A stretch of DNA of 64,000 nt, from contig OX597831.1 of NCBI GenBank assembly GCA_951406725.2, forward strand, positions 6,882,001 to 6,946,000. Direction: 5' to 3'. This document shows, piece after piece, positions 1 through 13,985 of the stretch (positions are counted from its first letter, which is position 1; the number at the start of each line of letters is the position of its first letter). Origin of the DNA: Octopus vulgaris (Eukaryota). The notes below the pieces were generated by a model, which searched no databases, was not told where the DNA came from, and saw only the letters and a list, made by a program, of their open reading frames with translations. Position numbers and translations under genes: made by a program.

Positions 1-1158
1 CAAGAATATAGATTCAACGACCATTCTAAATATGTTGGTCAATCTCTCAATTTAAACGGCATTAAAGTAAAAAAATTTTTTAAACTTTCAAAAATAATCG
101 TTAAGGATAATTCAAATTGCATTAATTTTACTCCAAGAAATAGCCATAATTACAAAATAAGTTAAATTTAGGAAAATATCCAAAGGGAAATCAAGTCAAT
201 AGGAAATATTCCATCGAATCGAGTAACTAATGTTTCAAGCCAACAATTATTGGTGATGGTCAACTGAACAACACTCTTAAGGCGACAGAAAAAGAGAAAA
301 AAAACTAATTAAGAAAAAAATTTGTTTGAATGATTACAGTAAAATTGAATGCCGTCAGAAATTTCCAATTCATACACACAAATTAAGTGCATAGACGAGG
401 AATAAACTATTAGAATGAATGTGTGGTAAATACTCTTACACATATACACAAATAAATGGTATATTCACAAACACACTGAGATAATGTAACATATTTAAAA
501 GGCATACAATGTTTCACTTGTGAAAGGCCACCTTATCAGAAAGAACAAGGTTGCCTATTGAAGATGAAAAAAGCATAAACACAAGTCCTTGTTAAAAATA
601 AAATTTATATGAGAAGGCCAAGTCATTAAAAAGATAAATATAGGCATTTTAAAGAACTTCTGAACAGCGAATTTAGTTATTTAAATAAAATAGAGCTTCT
701 GATTAAAAAAATGAGCGAGTATTTAATTCAAAGTGATCATGGCACTTGCAGAAAGCTAATTCTGCATGTAGCATCATTTGTAAAATGACTTTAATATTAA
801 AGGTTGACGTGAAAACTAGTTTTTAAAACATTAAATAAAAGATACGAACACAATTCGCTACTTGAAGCAGAAGTAGACCGGAGTGAAGAAGACGAAGAAG
901 AAGACGAAGAAGAAGAAGAAGCATTATAAGTAAAACAAACTGTTGCTGCAATCCAAATTGCAACATTGATCATTGTAACAAGTCGAGATAATAAATATAT
1001 ACAAAGAAATATCTAAATGCAGGAATTTTTGCTTTGCACTTTTGCTTCTAATCCACCACCACCACCCCTCAAAAAAAAACCCCGACTATTTCACAAAACC
1101 CCCAATAAGTATATATTGCAACAGAATAGAGAAGATCTGCTGATAATTTGGAAGTGAT

Positions 1159-1208
<50 letters not shown>

Positions 1209-4036
1209 GTATATGTATCGCGCGCGCGAGCACACACAACTTTGCCTTCAAAAGTGACTTGAAATGCAAAGGAATTAGATTTTGCATTGTAATCTAAACT
1301 CTGACAAAAGACTAATATTATATAAACTTGGATGAATTAAAATTTTAGATCTAAGTATATCAGGATTTGAAAAATGCAGTCGGGAATATTTGAACATGTT
1401 CAAAAAGTTTAACAGGAAGACCATTTAAAGCGTTGCCGGTAGTCAGAAATGTCCATCAATTGACATTTTTATTAGACACTTCTCCTAAGACATCATCATA
1501 GTCCTAGAATAATATCACCAGTTTCGGTCAAGGGAATTAAAAATTATTACAAATGTAGCCAGAAAAAAAAAAAAATGATCTGCTCAATTTATAATAAATG
1601 CAGATCTTTTATTTTCTACTAATTAATTTATTATGGCCACAATTGAATGTTATTACGATCTGTAGAGATGAGATAACCTGGATGCTTATTGTCCGTGTTT
1701 ACTTAATCTTCTAAATCAAAAATGCCAGAGATAAATGACAATTTAACAAATCCATACGGATATAGGACCACTGGGAGGTTTCCTCTACGTAAATAGATCA
1801 ATGTCAGAGAAGGAAACATATTTGACAAATATTAAACACTTTTGACGAAGCTCATTTAAAAAAAAATTTTTTGTACAACTTTGCAAAATGTCTGAAAATA
1901 AAATGGTTTTTCGAAAAGCAAATAATTTATAATCTATGGTGGTTTTAAAAGTCATCAACAATCGTTCTGCTGCAGAAATCTTCACGTCTCTCCACTTTTA
2001 CCATCTGTGATAATTTAACTGGAATGAATTATTTAAAAAAAGCGAGCAGCTAGCGGTTCAACGAACGAAAAGAGAGCTAATTTAGCTGAAATTTTACGGA
2101 ATGGGTAGCGCCAGTAGTTGCGAGTACTTGAAAATATCTGGTTTATTAAAGCAGACAAGATTTGATACAAGGGAAAAGATATAGTAAGATCGGTTAGATG
2201 AGGAGAGACTGGGAATAATGGCAGAGTTATGGACCAGTTGGCTGAGGTTAGATACATGCAGAAAAGATGGACATCTTCAGCCAAACGAGCAGATTTTCGA
2301 GACGATAAAGCCAAGTTGGAAAACGAAGAACTGAAAATGTTCCAGTTGAAAACCATTTTTATCGTTCGCGTTCATCTAATTTATTTTATTTGGTGTAATT
2401 ATTGCCATTGGAATTGGAAAGCAGAATGGTTAAATGGTCTGCACAGGTAGCAATAAAATGACAAAAAACCTAAGTGACAATTACTGAATAAAAAACTGAC
2501 AGTTAACGAGAATCGTTGAACGACTGAAAAGAAATTAGAGCGAAAAAAAGCCGGGTTCCGATGGAGGTAAGTTCTTCAGCTAAAATGGCGGCACCCATAG
2601 CGATGAAGATAACTATCAACAAAGTTAGGGCCACTGGCACATTCCACCAACTTCGGCTTTGGCTTCCGGATGAAGAAAAAAAAAAAAGACGAGAAAATAT
2701 TCAACTTTTATTCTCAACTTTCGGTTAGTTTAAAGAAGGGGGAAAATAGAGACAGGAAATTAATGGAAAAAAAAGAAAGAATGGAATTAAGAAGTAGAAA
2801 GGAAATGGAGAAAGAAAGAACAAAAAAAAAAAAGCAATGGAAAGGCAGCTCCCTGTTGAAGAATTGTCGGCAGCGAAATAAATGGTCGTTGAGGCCGGAG
2901 GAGCAGCAAATGTTACCATCGGAAGAGCAAGCACCTGACATTATTATCAGAAAACGATAATTATTCAACATGGCGGCCAAAAAACAGCAGAAAATGGAAA
3001 AAGGAAGGGCTTTGGTAGTTGAAAGACCAGCAACGGATAGAGTTGCAGAATTAGATAGACAAACAAACAAACCATCGAAAAAAAGGAAAAATTGGGGGGG
3101 AAAGAAAAGAAAGAAGAACACAAAAAAAAACACAACACAAGAGCGAGGGAGAGGGGGGAAAGGCAATGGATGAAAAGAAGTGAAACGATGGCTCCACACC
3201 CACTGACAACATTTGACGACAAGGAAGGGTTGGCGACAACTCATGATAACAAAGATGGAAAAAGTGTCGGAACGTGATGTATGGAGAAGGGATGAGATAG
3301 ACAGATATACAGACAGATAGATAGATAGATAAATAGATAGACAGATAAATAGATAAGGAATCTGTTCCATCTTTTCGATTTAAACAAGCCCAGCTGTAAA
3401 CAAACAAACAAATTATATATACGTGTAATTAGTCTGATCATCGATGATATCGAACAGATCGGAATTTCAGACGATAAATATACACAGAGGAAAGGAAAAA
3501 GGTGTGTGACGATCGCCCATCTACGCCAAGAAAATACATTCTTGTAGCCATGACCCGAATCCTACATATCTACACCAGTTTCATTATGTATAATGTAGTT
3601 TATGTGGTAAGGATGTGTCTAATACGTATTCAACTGGAGTAACGCTGCAGTTATGAAAACAGCATACACTCTGCTATATATACTGCTGTGTGTAGCTTGT
3701 GTATAAGTGAGAGAGAGTATAGAATGTCTAAAACTAAATACATATATGGTGAGATTAGCTTGGAAGGTGCATATATATATCTATATATAAGTGTGTATAT
3801 ATATGTGTGTGTGTGTGTATAATCGTACAGTGCCATGTACACAGATAGAGGGAGAGTGTGTAGCAAAAATCAGAGTGTATCTTTTCTCTAATATATATAT
3901 CTGATGTTGTAATGTGTGTGTAGTAAGGGAGAACGAAGGAGAGAGGAAGGAAGCAAGCAACACAAGAACGAGAAGAAGGCAACAGCAAAAACTGGGAGTG
4001 GTAGGGGTGTGAATGGAGAATAATTGGTTTGTGTTA

Positions 4037-4600
<564 letters not shown>

Positions 4601-6889
4601 GGGCTGATAATAGTTACCAGTAGTAGTAGTAGTAGTAGTCGTAGTACTATCATTAGTGAGTAGTAGTAGTACCACCACTCACTATTTGGATCATGATTAC
4701 TACTACAACTAATACTAGTAAGCAATAGTAATTAATACTAACCGTGCTGCAACGACCGACCACTATCAGCAACACCAATTGTCACGGTGGTGGTGGTGGT
4801 GGTATTAGTAATAGTGTTAACAGAAGACAATTACAACTGCGACGACTATTACTATTGATAGTGTTGCAGCGATGACAACCACTACTACCCTCACTAACAA
4901 TAGTAATACTAATAGTAGTAATTTTGTTGGTATGTACAAGATTAAAAGGTTTAGAAATATATGCTCATATTTATTTATTTACATATACCAACAGATTAAT
5001 AGTAATGACAGACAATAAACTGTTTTTTTAAAGGTATTAATTATAAAATATCATTTGATTTACGTATGACAAATAGACATGAAAATATTTTTTTTTAATA
5101 ATTGACTTGGATAGTCAAGTAGAAGACAGCTTCTACAGAGTGTTAGAAGTGTTCTTTCCTCTCTTCCAAGCTAGACAACACACTCACAGACAATACTTAC
5201 AAAACAGACAAGTCGACCAGTATAAAGACGTGTAGACGTCTACGAAAAATCTCTCGACATCAGAGTCTTTCGAGGTTTTGAAGATTTGAGGAATTAACAG
5301 AATTTCAAGCATAGATCACTTTTGATAAAAACCAGTGACACACTTCTAACCTGTTCTATAATTAAAACTAGTTTCTCTCTGCCGAAAACTATCAGGCAGA
5401 CGAAAATCACATAGGTAATATATATATTATTATATATATAACAGATTACTAATAAAACATCATCAAGGAATGGAGAAATTGAAACGGGAGAGGAAAAAAA
5501 GCCCTAGATCTCACCGGTATATCTGAAAAATAGCTTTAACTTGCACTCCTGTTAGTCCAAAAAGAACGACTCTTCCTTCCTGAATACGTGTATGAAACGT
5601 TCCCCTCGAAACCCCCACAAGAAAACCAAGCTGTCGACCGAATGGTCCTTCTTTTTCCCCCCAGTGTCTTACAAATTACTTGTATGATGTGAAAATATTT
5701 CTTTGCCCCTATCCTCCTCGCCAACCAACACGGCCAAGAAACAGCCTGCTTATAGAAGCTACAGTTCTTACTTCTGCCGTATAGACAACTGCCTATATAG
5801 GATTCTGACTCGATGCTAGATGGATCATCTACACCTTGAGGATTATCGCTGTACCTACCGAATTTAAAGTTAATCGATACTGAAATGCTGAGGATCAAGC
5901 GATTTTTTTAATCGACCAATTTGTGTCATTTATCCACTCCTGTCGACACGAAATCAAGGGGAGTGATGAAAGTTGAACGGAACAGCCTAAGCCTGACAGT
6001 GAAGCACTTTGGGAAATTTGCTCTTCACATTTCAATACGAAAACAGCATTTCGCTATTTACTTAGTTGCATAAGGTAATGGGTGGCAGATACATTTTAAT
6101 AATCGATACATGATGGCTTATGTGCGGCTTATCACTACAACTAACAGCACATGTAGGATGCACACACGCACATATGTCTAAGGAAGTCGGCTAAGTTTTT
6201 TTTTTGTTCTTTATTCAGGAAGTATTTTTGAAGCAGGCTCCCTCCCTTTGTGCATCTTAAAAACATTTTTGCCACCAAAGACCATTACGTCTCTAGGAAT
6301 TAAAACCCTCGCAATAAATTACATGTCCAGCTTTTAAATGCTTCTTTTTTTCTACAATTTCAACATTTCGTTGCGAGCAGCGAATTTTTAATTACATCAC
6401 TTTGCGATAAGTTAACATAATTTTTAAAAAGAATCTCTTCAAAGTATGATAAAGCAAATATATTTATGTATATTTGCAAGAAAAGTTGAAAAAGTTGAAA
6501 TTCTATTAAAGAAGTTATTTCTTAAAATAAATAAAAAAATAAAAAAAGAAGCTAATCCTAAGTTTTAGCTGCCCGGTCTGTTTTCACATCACATCCTCAT
6601 TCGGCAAGTTGTCATCATATTTCGCTTCCTTTTCCTGATTCTTAGGAACTCCCGCCCCGCGAAATCTTACCCAAACCCCTCTCTCAGTTATGTGCATTTG
6701 AGAACCACCTGTGTCGGTAATATTAAATAAATATATTGGATGGAATATATTTCTCTTAAGAATTGAAAAACTTTTTAAAGTGTGTATGTGTATATTGCCT
6801 GTATATTTTAAGTATATGTATAGATGTCAATATGTGAATGCATATACATATATATATGTACACATGTATATATACACACACTCATGTTG

Positions 6890-7044
6890 CTATATATAAT
6901 AAATATACATACACATGAGTATATATATGTGTGTGTGTGTGTGCACATATACATTATAAATATATGCACACACATATATATATATATACATACACACATA
7001 AAAATGTATGTATAGACGCATGCATGTGTGTGTATATATATATA

Positions 7045-7088
<44 letters not shown>

Positions 7089-7290
7089 CACACATACATA
7101 AAAATGTATGTATAGACGCATGCATGTGTGTGTATATATATATGCATATATATATTTATATATACATACACACATAAAAATGTATGTATAGATGCATGCA
7201 CTTGTGTGTGTGTATATATATATATATGCATATATATATTTATATACACACACACACATACATAAAAATGTATGTATAGATCCATGCACT

Positions 7291-7321
<31 letters not shown>

Positions 7322-7480
7322 TTATGTATGTGTATGTGTGTATATATATAAATACACACACACACATACATAAAAATGTATGTATAGATGCATTCATGTG
7401 TGTGTGTGTGTATATATATATATGCATATATATATATACACACACTCACACATACATAAAAATGTATATATGTGTGCATA
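6890..7480. repeat. Compound minisatellite
   Basis: About 6 units containing CATAAAAATGTATGTATAGA(C/T)GCATGCA separated by (TG)n/(TA)n tracts. Confidence 0.85.
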
Positions 7481-8222
7481 ATAATAGTTCCTGGACCGGA
7501 TAGCATTCTGAGACCTTGAGCAAGACATTCAGCTGTAAATGTGTTGCAACTAGTGCAGGGAGCAGCCTCTCTTATCTCAACCATCACACCTTGATGCTCT
7601 GCTGGACCAAGGGTGGGGTGGATGAGCTAACAAGATGTTTATGTCTTCTCGCGACTACCCAGGTACCCAAAGCAATATACAAAGCTACCAATTCATACTT
7701 GCAAGCCAGTAATGGCTAAGGGTGGCTTATATACAGGGCACATACTTGGTACTATCAGATGGAATCAGCTGTGCCTGGGACTCATGTCAGACAGGGTCGT
7801 CACGCTCCAGAGTACTGATTGAGGTCACCCACCACACTATCTGTATAACAGTTATATATATACACATTTACACTCATACATACTATGTGTGCATGTACAC
7901 ATTATTTGTGTTAGTATTCATGTGTGTTTATATGTGCTTGTATATATATATATGTGTGTGTGTGCGATGTGTGTATTATATTACAATAATGTGAACTTAT
8001 AAGAACAGTTTTACAAAGAGTTTCTTCCAGTCCTTTAAAACTATGGACATCAGACAAGGTCAGGCTGGATTGTCTGACAACTATAGCTCTGGAGGCTTGT
8101 GGGAAATAATCATGTAGTTCTAATAACTTCACATAATTGTAATATAATCATATATTTAACTCTTTTTCCATATATTGAGTGCTCTATGATGTAGTGCGAC
8201 TACACTCTATCTATCTCTGTCT

Positions 8223-8270
<48 letters not shown>

Positions 8271-8641
8271 ATAACAAAATAATAAATAAAACATATGCAT
8301 ATATACATACATATATGTACGTACCTACATCTATATGTATATATACATGCATATATGGGTACAGGGCACCACAAAAAAACATAGAACACAACAAGAAACG
8401 AAAACATAAAAACAAAACCATGGAAACAGACATTTTTTTAAACAACGAAAAAACAGAGTACAAGGCATACAACACAAGGAAAATTCCCCTTCTTCAGCCG
8501 CCCCTGCTTCGTCTACTCCATGTTTCGAAGGTAAGGGCGAGACACGACTTCGCTGAAACAGTCCTTCCCGCAAAGCAAATTAAATAAAATTTGAGATTTT
8601 TTGCAGAGGGGTAAAAGTGGTAACAAGAACAGGACAGTAAA

Positions 8642-8695
<54 letters not shown>

Positions 8696-8739
8696 TTATA
8701 TATAAAACTACCTTTAAATATATGATTTAGATAAAGATA

Positions 8740-8910
8740 GTTATGGCTGGTTTATAGGGTTACCCAGGGTTTCACATCCATAAAGCCCTTTGCTTTACAA
8801 TGTCTTGTCAGACCCTGATGACTGGTGGCCATTTGAGTCTGACAACTCACTTCTGCAGCCAAGTGCATTGTAGGTGTGAAACCAATGGTCACTCTATGAC
8901 CAGCCGAAAC
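8740..8910. repeat. Degenerate inverted repeat / small foldback
   Basis: GTTATGGCTGGTTTATAGGGTTACC..GGTTTCACA pairs imperfectly with TGTGAAACC..GGTCACTCTATGACCAGCCGAAAC; inner TTGTCAGAC pairs with GTCTGACAA. Confidence 0.5.
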
Positions 8911-9079
8911 AATTAACTTCCTCAAAAGGTATGTTATTACCCTAATTTTGTAGAGTGTGCTTCTTTTTTGGATATATGATAATTATATATATCATTATCA
9001 TCATCATTGTTTAACGTCCGCTTTCCATGCTAGCACGGGTTGGACAATTTGATTGAGGACTATATATATATATATATAT

Positions 9080-9430
9080 CATCCTCATCATCATCGTTTA
9101 ACGTCTGTTTTCCATGCTAGCATGGGTTGGACAGTTCAACCGAGGTCTGGGAAGCCAGGAGGCTGCACCAGGCACCAGTCTGATCTGGCAGTGTTTCTAC
9201 AGGTGGATGCCCTTCCTAACGCCAACCACTCCGTGGGTGTAGTGGGTGCTTTTTACATGCCACTGGCACAGGGCCAGAGGAGACTGGCAAATGGCCACGA
9301 TCGGTTGGTGCTTTTACGTGTCACCGACATGGACAGCGGGTCACTCTAAGATCCAAGGTTAGCACAGTAGGCCGTCCTGCGAGCCATGAACTCACTTCAT
9401 TCGTCGGGTCTTCGAAGTCACAGCGTATCT
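9080..9430 (-). mobile_element. RTE-LINE 3' end / derived non-autonomous element
   Basis: (CAT)n-GTTTAACGTC..CCATGCTAGCATGGGTTGG..GGATGCCCTTCCTAACGCCAACCAC, the same as the 3' end attached to the RTE at 28140-28450. Confidence 0.8.
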
Positions 9431-9979
9431 CCAGAGAACTCGGTCTTTCATCACATACATACACACACACATGTGTGTGCATGCAAATGTATTTGTGTGG
9501 TCAGGAAGTTCTCTTGCCAACCACATGGTTTTATGTTCAGCCCCACTCTGGGCAAGTGTCTTCTATTATAGCCTCTGGGCACACTAATGTCTTGCAGTGG
9601 AAATTGTAAGAAGTGCATTGTGTGTGTTTCTCTTTCTGTTGGCATTTGGCCATAAGGAAATATTACTTTACTTGGAAGGAGATGAGGATTGGTGACAAGA
9701 AAGGCATCTGGCCAGAGAAAATAGGCTTCAATAAACTCCATTTGACCCATGCAAGAAGTGAATGTTAAAATGATGACAATGATATTTGTGCATGTGTGTG
9801 TGTATGTATATATATATATAAAATTAATCAAAGGACATACTAAGTATGTATACCTGCTTGAAATAACAGTCAAAACTCTTATTAAATCGCCAAAAATACA
9901 CTGATGAAAACTACAGAAATCAAACGAAGGCAAAATCAGGTTAAGACAATCTACTAACATACATTTAAGTATTTGGACT

Positions 9980-10035
9980 CACGTGGACCGGTTTCTGCAT
10001 TGGTAAAATAAAACCTTAGCTTCTTCAGCACACGT
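9980..10035 (-). ncRNA. Type-I hammerhead ribozyme motif, degenerate stem II
   Basis: Minus strand: CGUGUG-CUGAAGA-A-GC..GC-A-GAAA-CCGG-UC-CACGUG. Palindromic stem III, GUC triplet. Confidence 0.5.
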
Positions 10036-10172
10036 TACCATGTTTAGAGACTCCCAACCCATCATTTAGAAGTCTGTGCTGCAACTGATTCGTTTCACGC
10101 CGAAATCACAACAGCCACTGGTGTAAAATAATCTCAATACAATTTACGAGAAAAATAATTCACCTTCGTAAA

Positions 10173-10213
<41 letters not shown>

Positions 10214-10544
10214 GACACCTTCATAAATTAATTATATATATATCTCATCATCATCATCATTTAATGTCCATGTTCCATGCTGGTTTGGATCAGACAGTTT
10301 GACAAGGATCCAATGAGTCAAGGACTGCTCATGTTAAGCTCAAGAGCAAAACATCAATTATATAACGAGAAACCAAGTTATATCACCTGAGGTTATGCTT
10401 CTGCCCTGTGGGATGCATTGCAATTCATTGTATGGTTTGCAACCCATGAGAGAATGGTGCAGAATGTGTCAAAATGACCATTGGGATAAATGAAATTTTC
10501 AGCATATGCTACCTCCCACATCAATTGTTTCTACCATATATCAT

Positions 10545-10880
10545 TATCATCATCGTTTAACGTCTGCCTTCCTTGCTAGCGAACCAGATGGCTGCACCAG
10601 GCTTCAATCTTGATCTGGCAGAGTTTCTACAGCTGGATGCCCTTCCTAACGCCAACCACTCCGAGAGTGTAGTGGGTGCTTTTACGTGCCACCGGCCAGT
10701 CAGGTGGCACTGGCAATGACCTTGCTCGAATCTTTTAGACATGCCACTGGCACAGGTGCCAGTAAGGCGATGCTGGTAACAATCATGCTCGAATGGTGTT
10801 TTTTACATGCCACTGGCACGGAGGCCAGATAGCCACTCGGATGTGATCATGCTCGTATGACGATCACGCTCGGATGGCAA
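10545..10880 (-). mobile_element. RTE 3'-end element
   Basis: Same consensus, with tandem GTGCC-nnn-GGCAC modules. Confidence 0.8.
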
Positions 10881-10989
10881 TGTATTTATAAAAATATATA
10901 TATATGTGTATTTATATAAATATATGTATGTATGGGTGGGTGGGTGTTTGAGTGTGTATCTGTTTGCATTTATGAAAAAGTGTAAATGA

Positions 10990-11260
10990 GTTGAGAGAAA
11001 ATTGGATGCAGGAAGAATCAGATGTAGTGTGCAAGACTCATGTGATGTGAATGGACGAAGACAGCTGCATAAAAAAAGGTGCCATTGCCTAAATGTGGAG
11101 GGAACCTGTGGAAAAGGAAGACTTAGGAGGACTTGGGCCAAAGAAGTGAAAAATGATCTTGAGATGCTGAGCCTCACAGAAGAGATGACAAAAGACCAAA
11201 TCGATTGGCAATTTGCTCTTTCTTGAGAAAACCCATCCAACTAAGTAAAACCAAGGCCAT
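10990..11260 (+). mobile_element. RTE LINE C-terminal fragment
   Basis: Encodes VEGTCGKGRLRRTW..DLEMLSLTEEMTKD..W, matching the ORF end at 27890-28030. Confidence 0.7.
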
Positions 11261-11673
11261 AGAGGCAGGTCCTTTACGTCCATTCATCCCCGACAAACCC
11301 CTTCCCCGTAATCCATATTCTCAACACCTTCTCTCCTCTTCCACCACCCATGCTCACCATCTGCTGTATTCCCTTCCCCTCTATCTCCCACTCTTGAACC
11401 ATCCAACCCATGCCCGTATGGAAAGAGGACATTAAATGATGATGATGATACCACACACACACACATACACACACACACACACACGCGCACATACACACAC
11501 ACACAAACACACACTTATTCTTATACATATATATAGAGAGAAAAAAATGATCTTATTCTACTTCTGGGAGCGGCTTCTTCCCCTCAAAATCTTGAATTCA
11601 TTTCCTGCAGATGTTTATGCATATTCGTTGGTAATGCTTTTCTGTGTATATATATATGTATATATATACATAT

Positions 11674-11709
<36 letters not shown>

Positions 11710-11760
11710 GAATGTAAATGCTTTCCAAATAAAATTGATAAAACTGCACCACATGTTTGA

Positions 11761-11841
11761 GGCTCTGATGAAGCTACAAGCTGATACAAAAGCATTCAAC
11801 TCTGAGTGCATTGCATCTTATAGCAGAAACAGCTGTATGCT
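11761..11841 (+). ncRNA. Type-I hammerhead ribozyme motif, weak stem I
   Basis: CUGAUGA (11765)-A-GCUA..long stem II..UAGC-A-GAAA-CAGCUG-UA. Palindromic stem III, GUA triplet. Confidence 0.55.
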
Positions 11842-11967
11842 AATGAAGTTTATGACTTAATCTCTTGTTGTACACATTGTACACTGCTTTCTGCTCTCCA
11901 TACCAACCACGGACTGCTTGAAGCTTACACACTTCCTACACTTGGATCCCCAGATCTTAACCTTGTA

Positions 11968-12024
<57 letters not shown>

Positions 12025-12968
12025 GTCTATGCATGCATGCATGTATGCATACATGCATACATGCATACATACATGCATACATACATACATGTAACCCAGT
12101 ACAACCTGTTGCATGGTTGGGCCGTCGGCGACTAAACCGGCAACCCCACCAAGCTTGCTTGGTGAGGAGGGCGTTTATTGGACACCCTGTGGGATGAAAA
12201 ACAAAACCCGTCAAAGGGTGGAGGAACTCTTGAGAGTCAATGGCCATCCAATAAATGTGTAATTTTTTTCTTCTTTTTCCTAAGGCATAAGGCTGTATCA
12301 TGCGCGGGGACATAGAAATAATCGGACATACATACATACATACATACACACAGACACATGTATACATGCCAGCAGGGAAAATGGGTGTTAAAGGAGGAGG
12401 AGGAGGAGGATATATGTATAAATAGAGCCAGCACTCATGCAAGTGAGGAATATGGCTTTATTACATGCCCCATGGTTTTGTTTATTGTTTTAAGTCTCAG
12501 ATACAGATGCCCTTTTGGTGCTCCCACCCTTGACTCGGTGGAGTTAACTGATGCTGTGACAGCTTCTGGGAGAGAAGGCTGAATTAGTTTTCATTTGGGG
12601 TTTATTTCACAAACTGAGTAGACTGGAGCAATGTGGAATGATCCAGGAACTGAACCCAGGACCTTCAAATTTCAACACCCCGATGATGTTTTTACTGTTC
12701 CTCTAATCTACAATCCTGGACTGGTCCATTTTATTGGCCCTGAAAGAATGTAAAGCAAAGCTGACCTTGGTAGGATTTGAACTCAGAGCAGAGACAGTCA
12801 GAAAATAATATTGTGAGATCTTCTAGCCACTACTCAAAAGCCTTTGCCATCAGCAGTGTGCTATTGATCATTGCTGATCTCTTGAAGATTGTCTGTTATT
12901 CTTGTGGGCATAAACAGTGGTAAACATTAAATACAGTAATGTCTGAATGAAAATGCTAATGTCTTTAA

Positions 12969-13189
12969 CCCTTTTGTTACTGTATTTATTTTGAGATGCT
13001 CTGTGTTTCTTTCAATCACTTTAAATATGACAAAGAATTTAGTAAAATAACCTGGTTATCATTAATTTAGTGTTAGGAACATAAATTGTGACTAAGGTTT
13101 GGTAGAAGATTTTAATTCAAAACTTATGAAAACAAGACATTTGTACTACAGAGCCAGAGCCAGTTTCAGCCAGGTTGGTAATGAAAGGG
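12969..13189. mobile_element. piggyBac-type MITE
   Basis: TTAA on both sides; termini CCCTTTTGTTAC / GTAATGAAAGGG; a second copy lies at 51247-51459. Confidence 0.85.
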
Positions 13190-13767
13190 TTAAATAATCC
13201 AAACCATATTTATTCCAGTTTTGTAACCTCAAACACATTAATGATATCTTTCTTATACATTTTCATACTAATTTAGAATTGCTTAAATACACTTCTGACA
13301 TTCTGGACGATCAAGTTAGTAAAGAGAAAACTTTCTGAGTCATGCTTATATTGAATACTTGTCCTAAATTTGAATGAATGTATCTTGACTATTACACTAA
13401 AAACTGGTTCAATGTCATGTTAGATGCATTTCAATATCAAGTTTCTAAGATCAAAATCTGGTTGGGTCAACTTTGTGCTTTATTCATCCAGGTATAATAA
13501 AACAACAAGCCGAGCAAGTCTTTACATCCTGCCCCCACTGAAAATAGTGCAGAATCTTAGTGTTTTCTTTGGCAATAATTCACTGCAGTAGTTTTTCATT
13601 CCTTTTTCCAGACTCATGAACAGATTTGAGACATGCATGACACACCCACTGAATGGACAATGGACCATTATCATATCTCTTGACTTGCTGCAGTTAAAAA
13701 AATTATTATTGCAATGAAAAGTCACTGATTTGTTTGTTCACATGCATACATGCATGTACGTATGTAT

Positions 13768-13985
13768 GTCATCATCATCATCGTTTAACGTCCGTTTTCC
13801 ATGCTAGCATGTGTTGGACGGTTCAACCGGGGTCTGGGAAGCCAGGAGGCTGCACCAGGCTCCAGTCTAATCTGGCAGTGTTTCTACAGCTGGAGGCCCT
13901 TCCTAATGCCAACCACTCCGTGAGTGTAGTGGGTGCTTTTTACGTGCCAGGCGAGGCTGGCAATGGCCAGGATTGGTTGGTGCTT
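13768..13985 (-). mobile_element. RTE 3'-end element
   Basis: Family consensus with (CAT)n tail. Confidence 0.8.

Noticed and set aside
2670-3441. Overlapping ORFs of up to 218 aa in Gq-alpha intron 1
   Set aside because: Low-complexity A/T runs and (ATAG)n; no recognisable domain.
6808-7587. Many YI/CV/HT-rich ORFs, here and at about 14460-15018 and 45480-45869
   Set aside because: Translations of dinucleotide and tetranucleotide microsatellites.
8340-8640. TA-flanked cassette with CUGAAGA and GAAAC on the minus strand
   Set aside because: Motif order and stems do not give a hammerhead fold; it may still be a repeat family.
8815-8910. CTGATGA..CCGAAAC
   Set aside because: Stems I and III cannot be formed; better explained by the inverted repeat.
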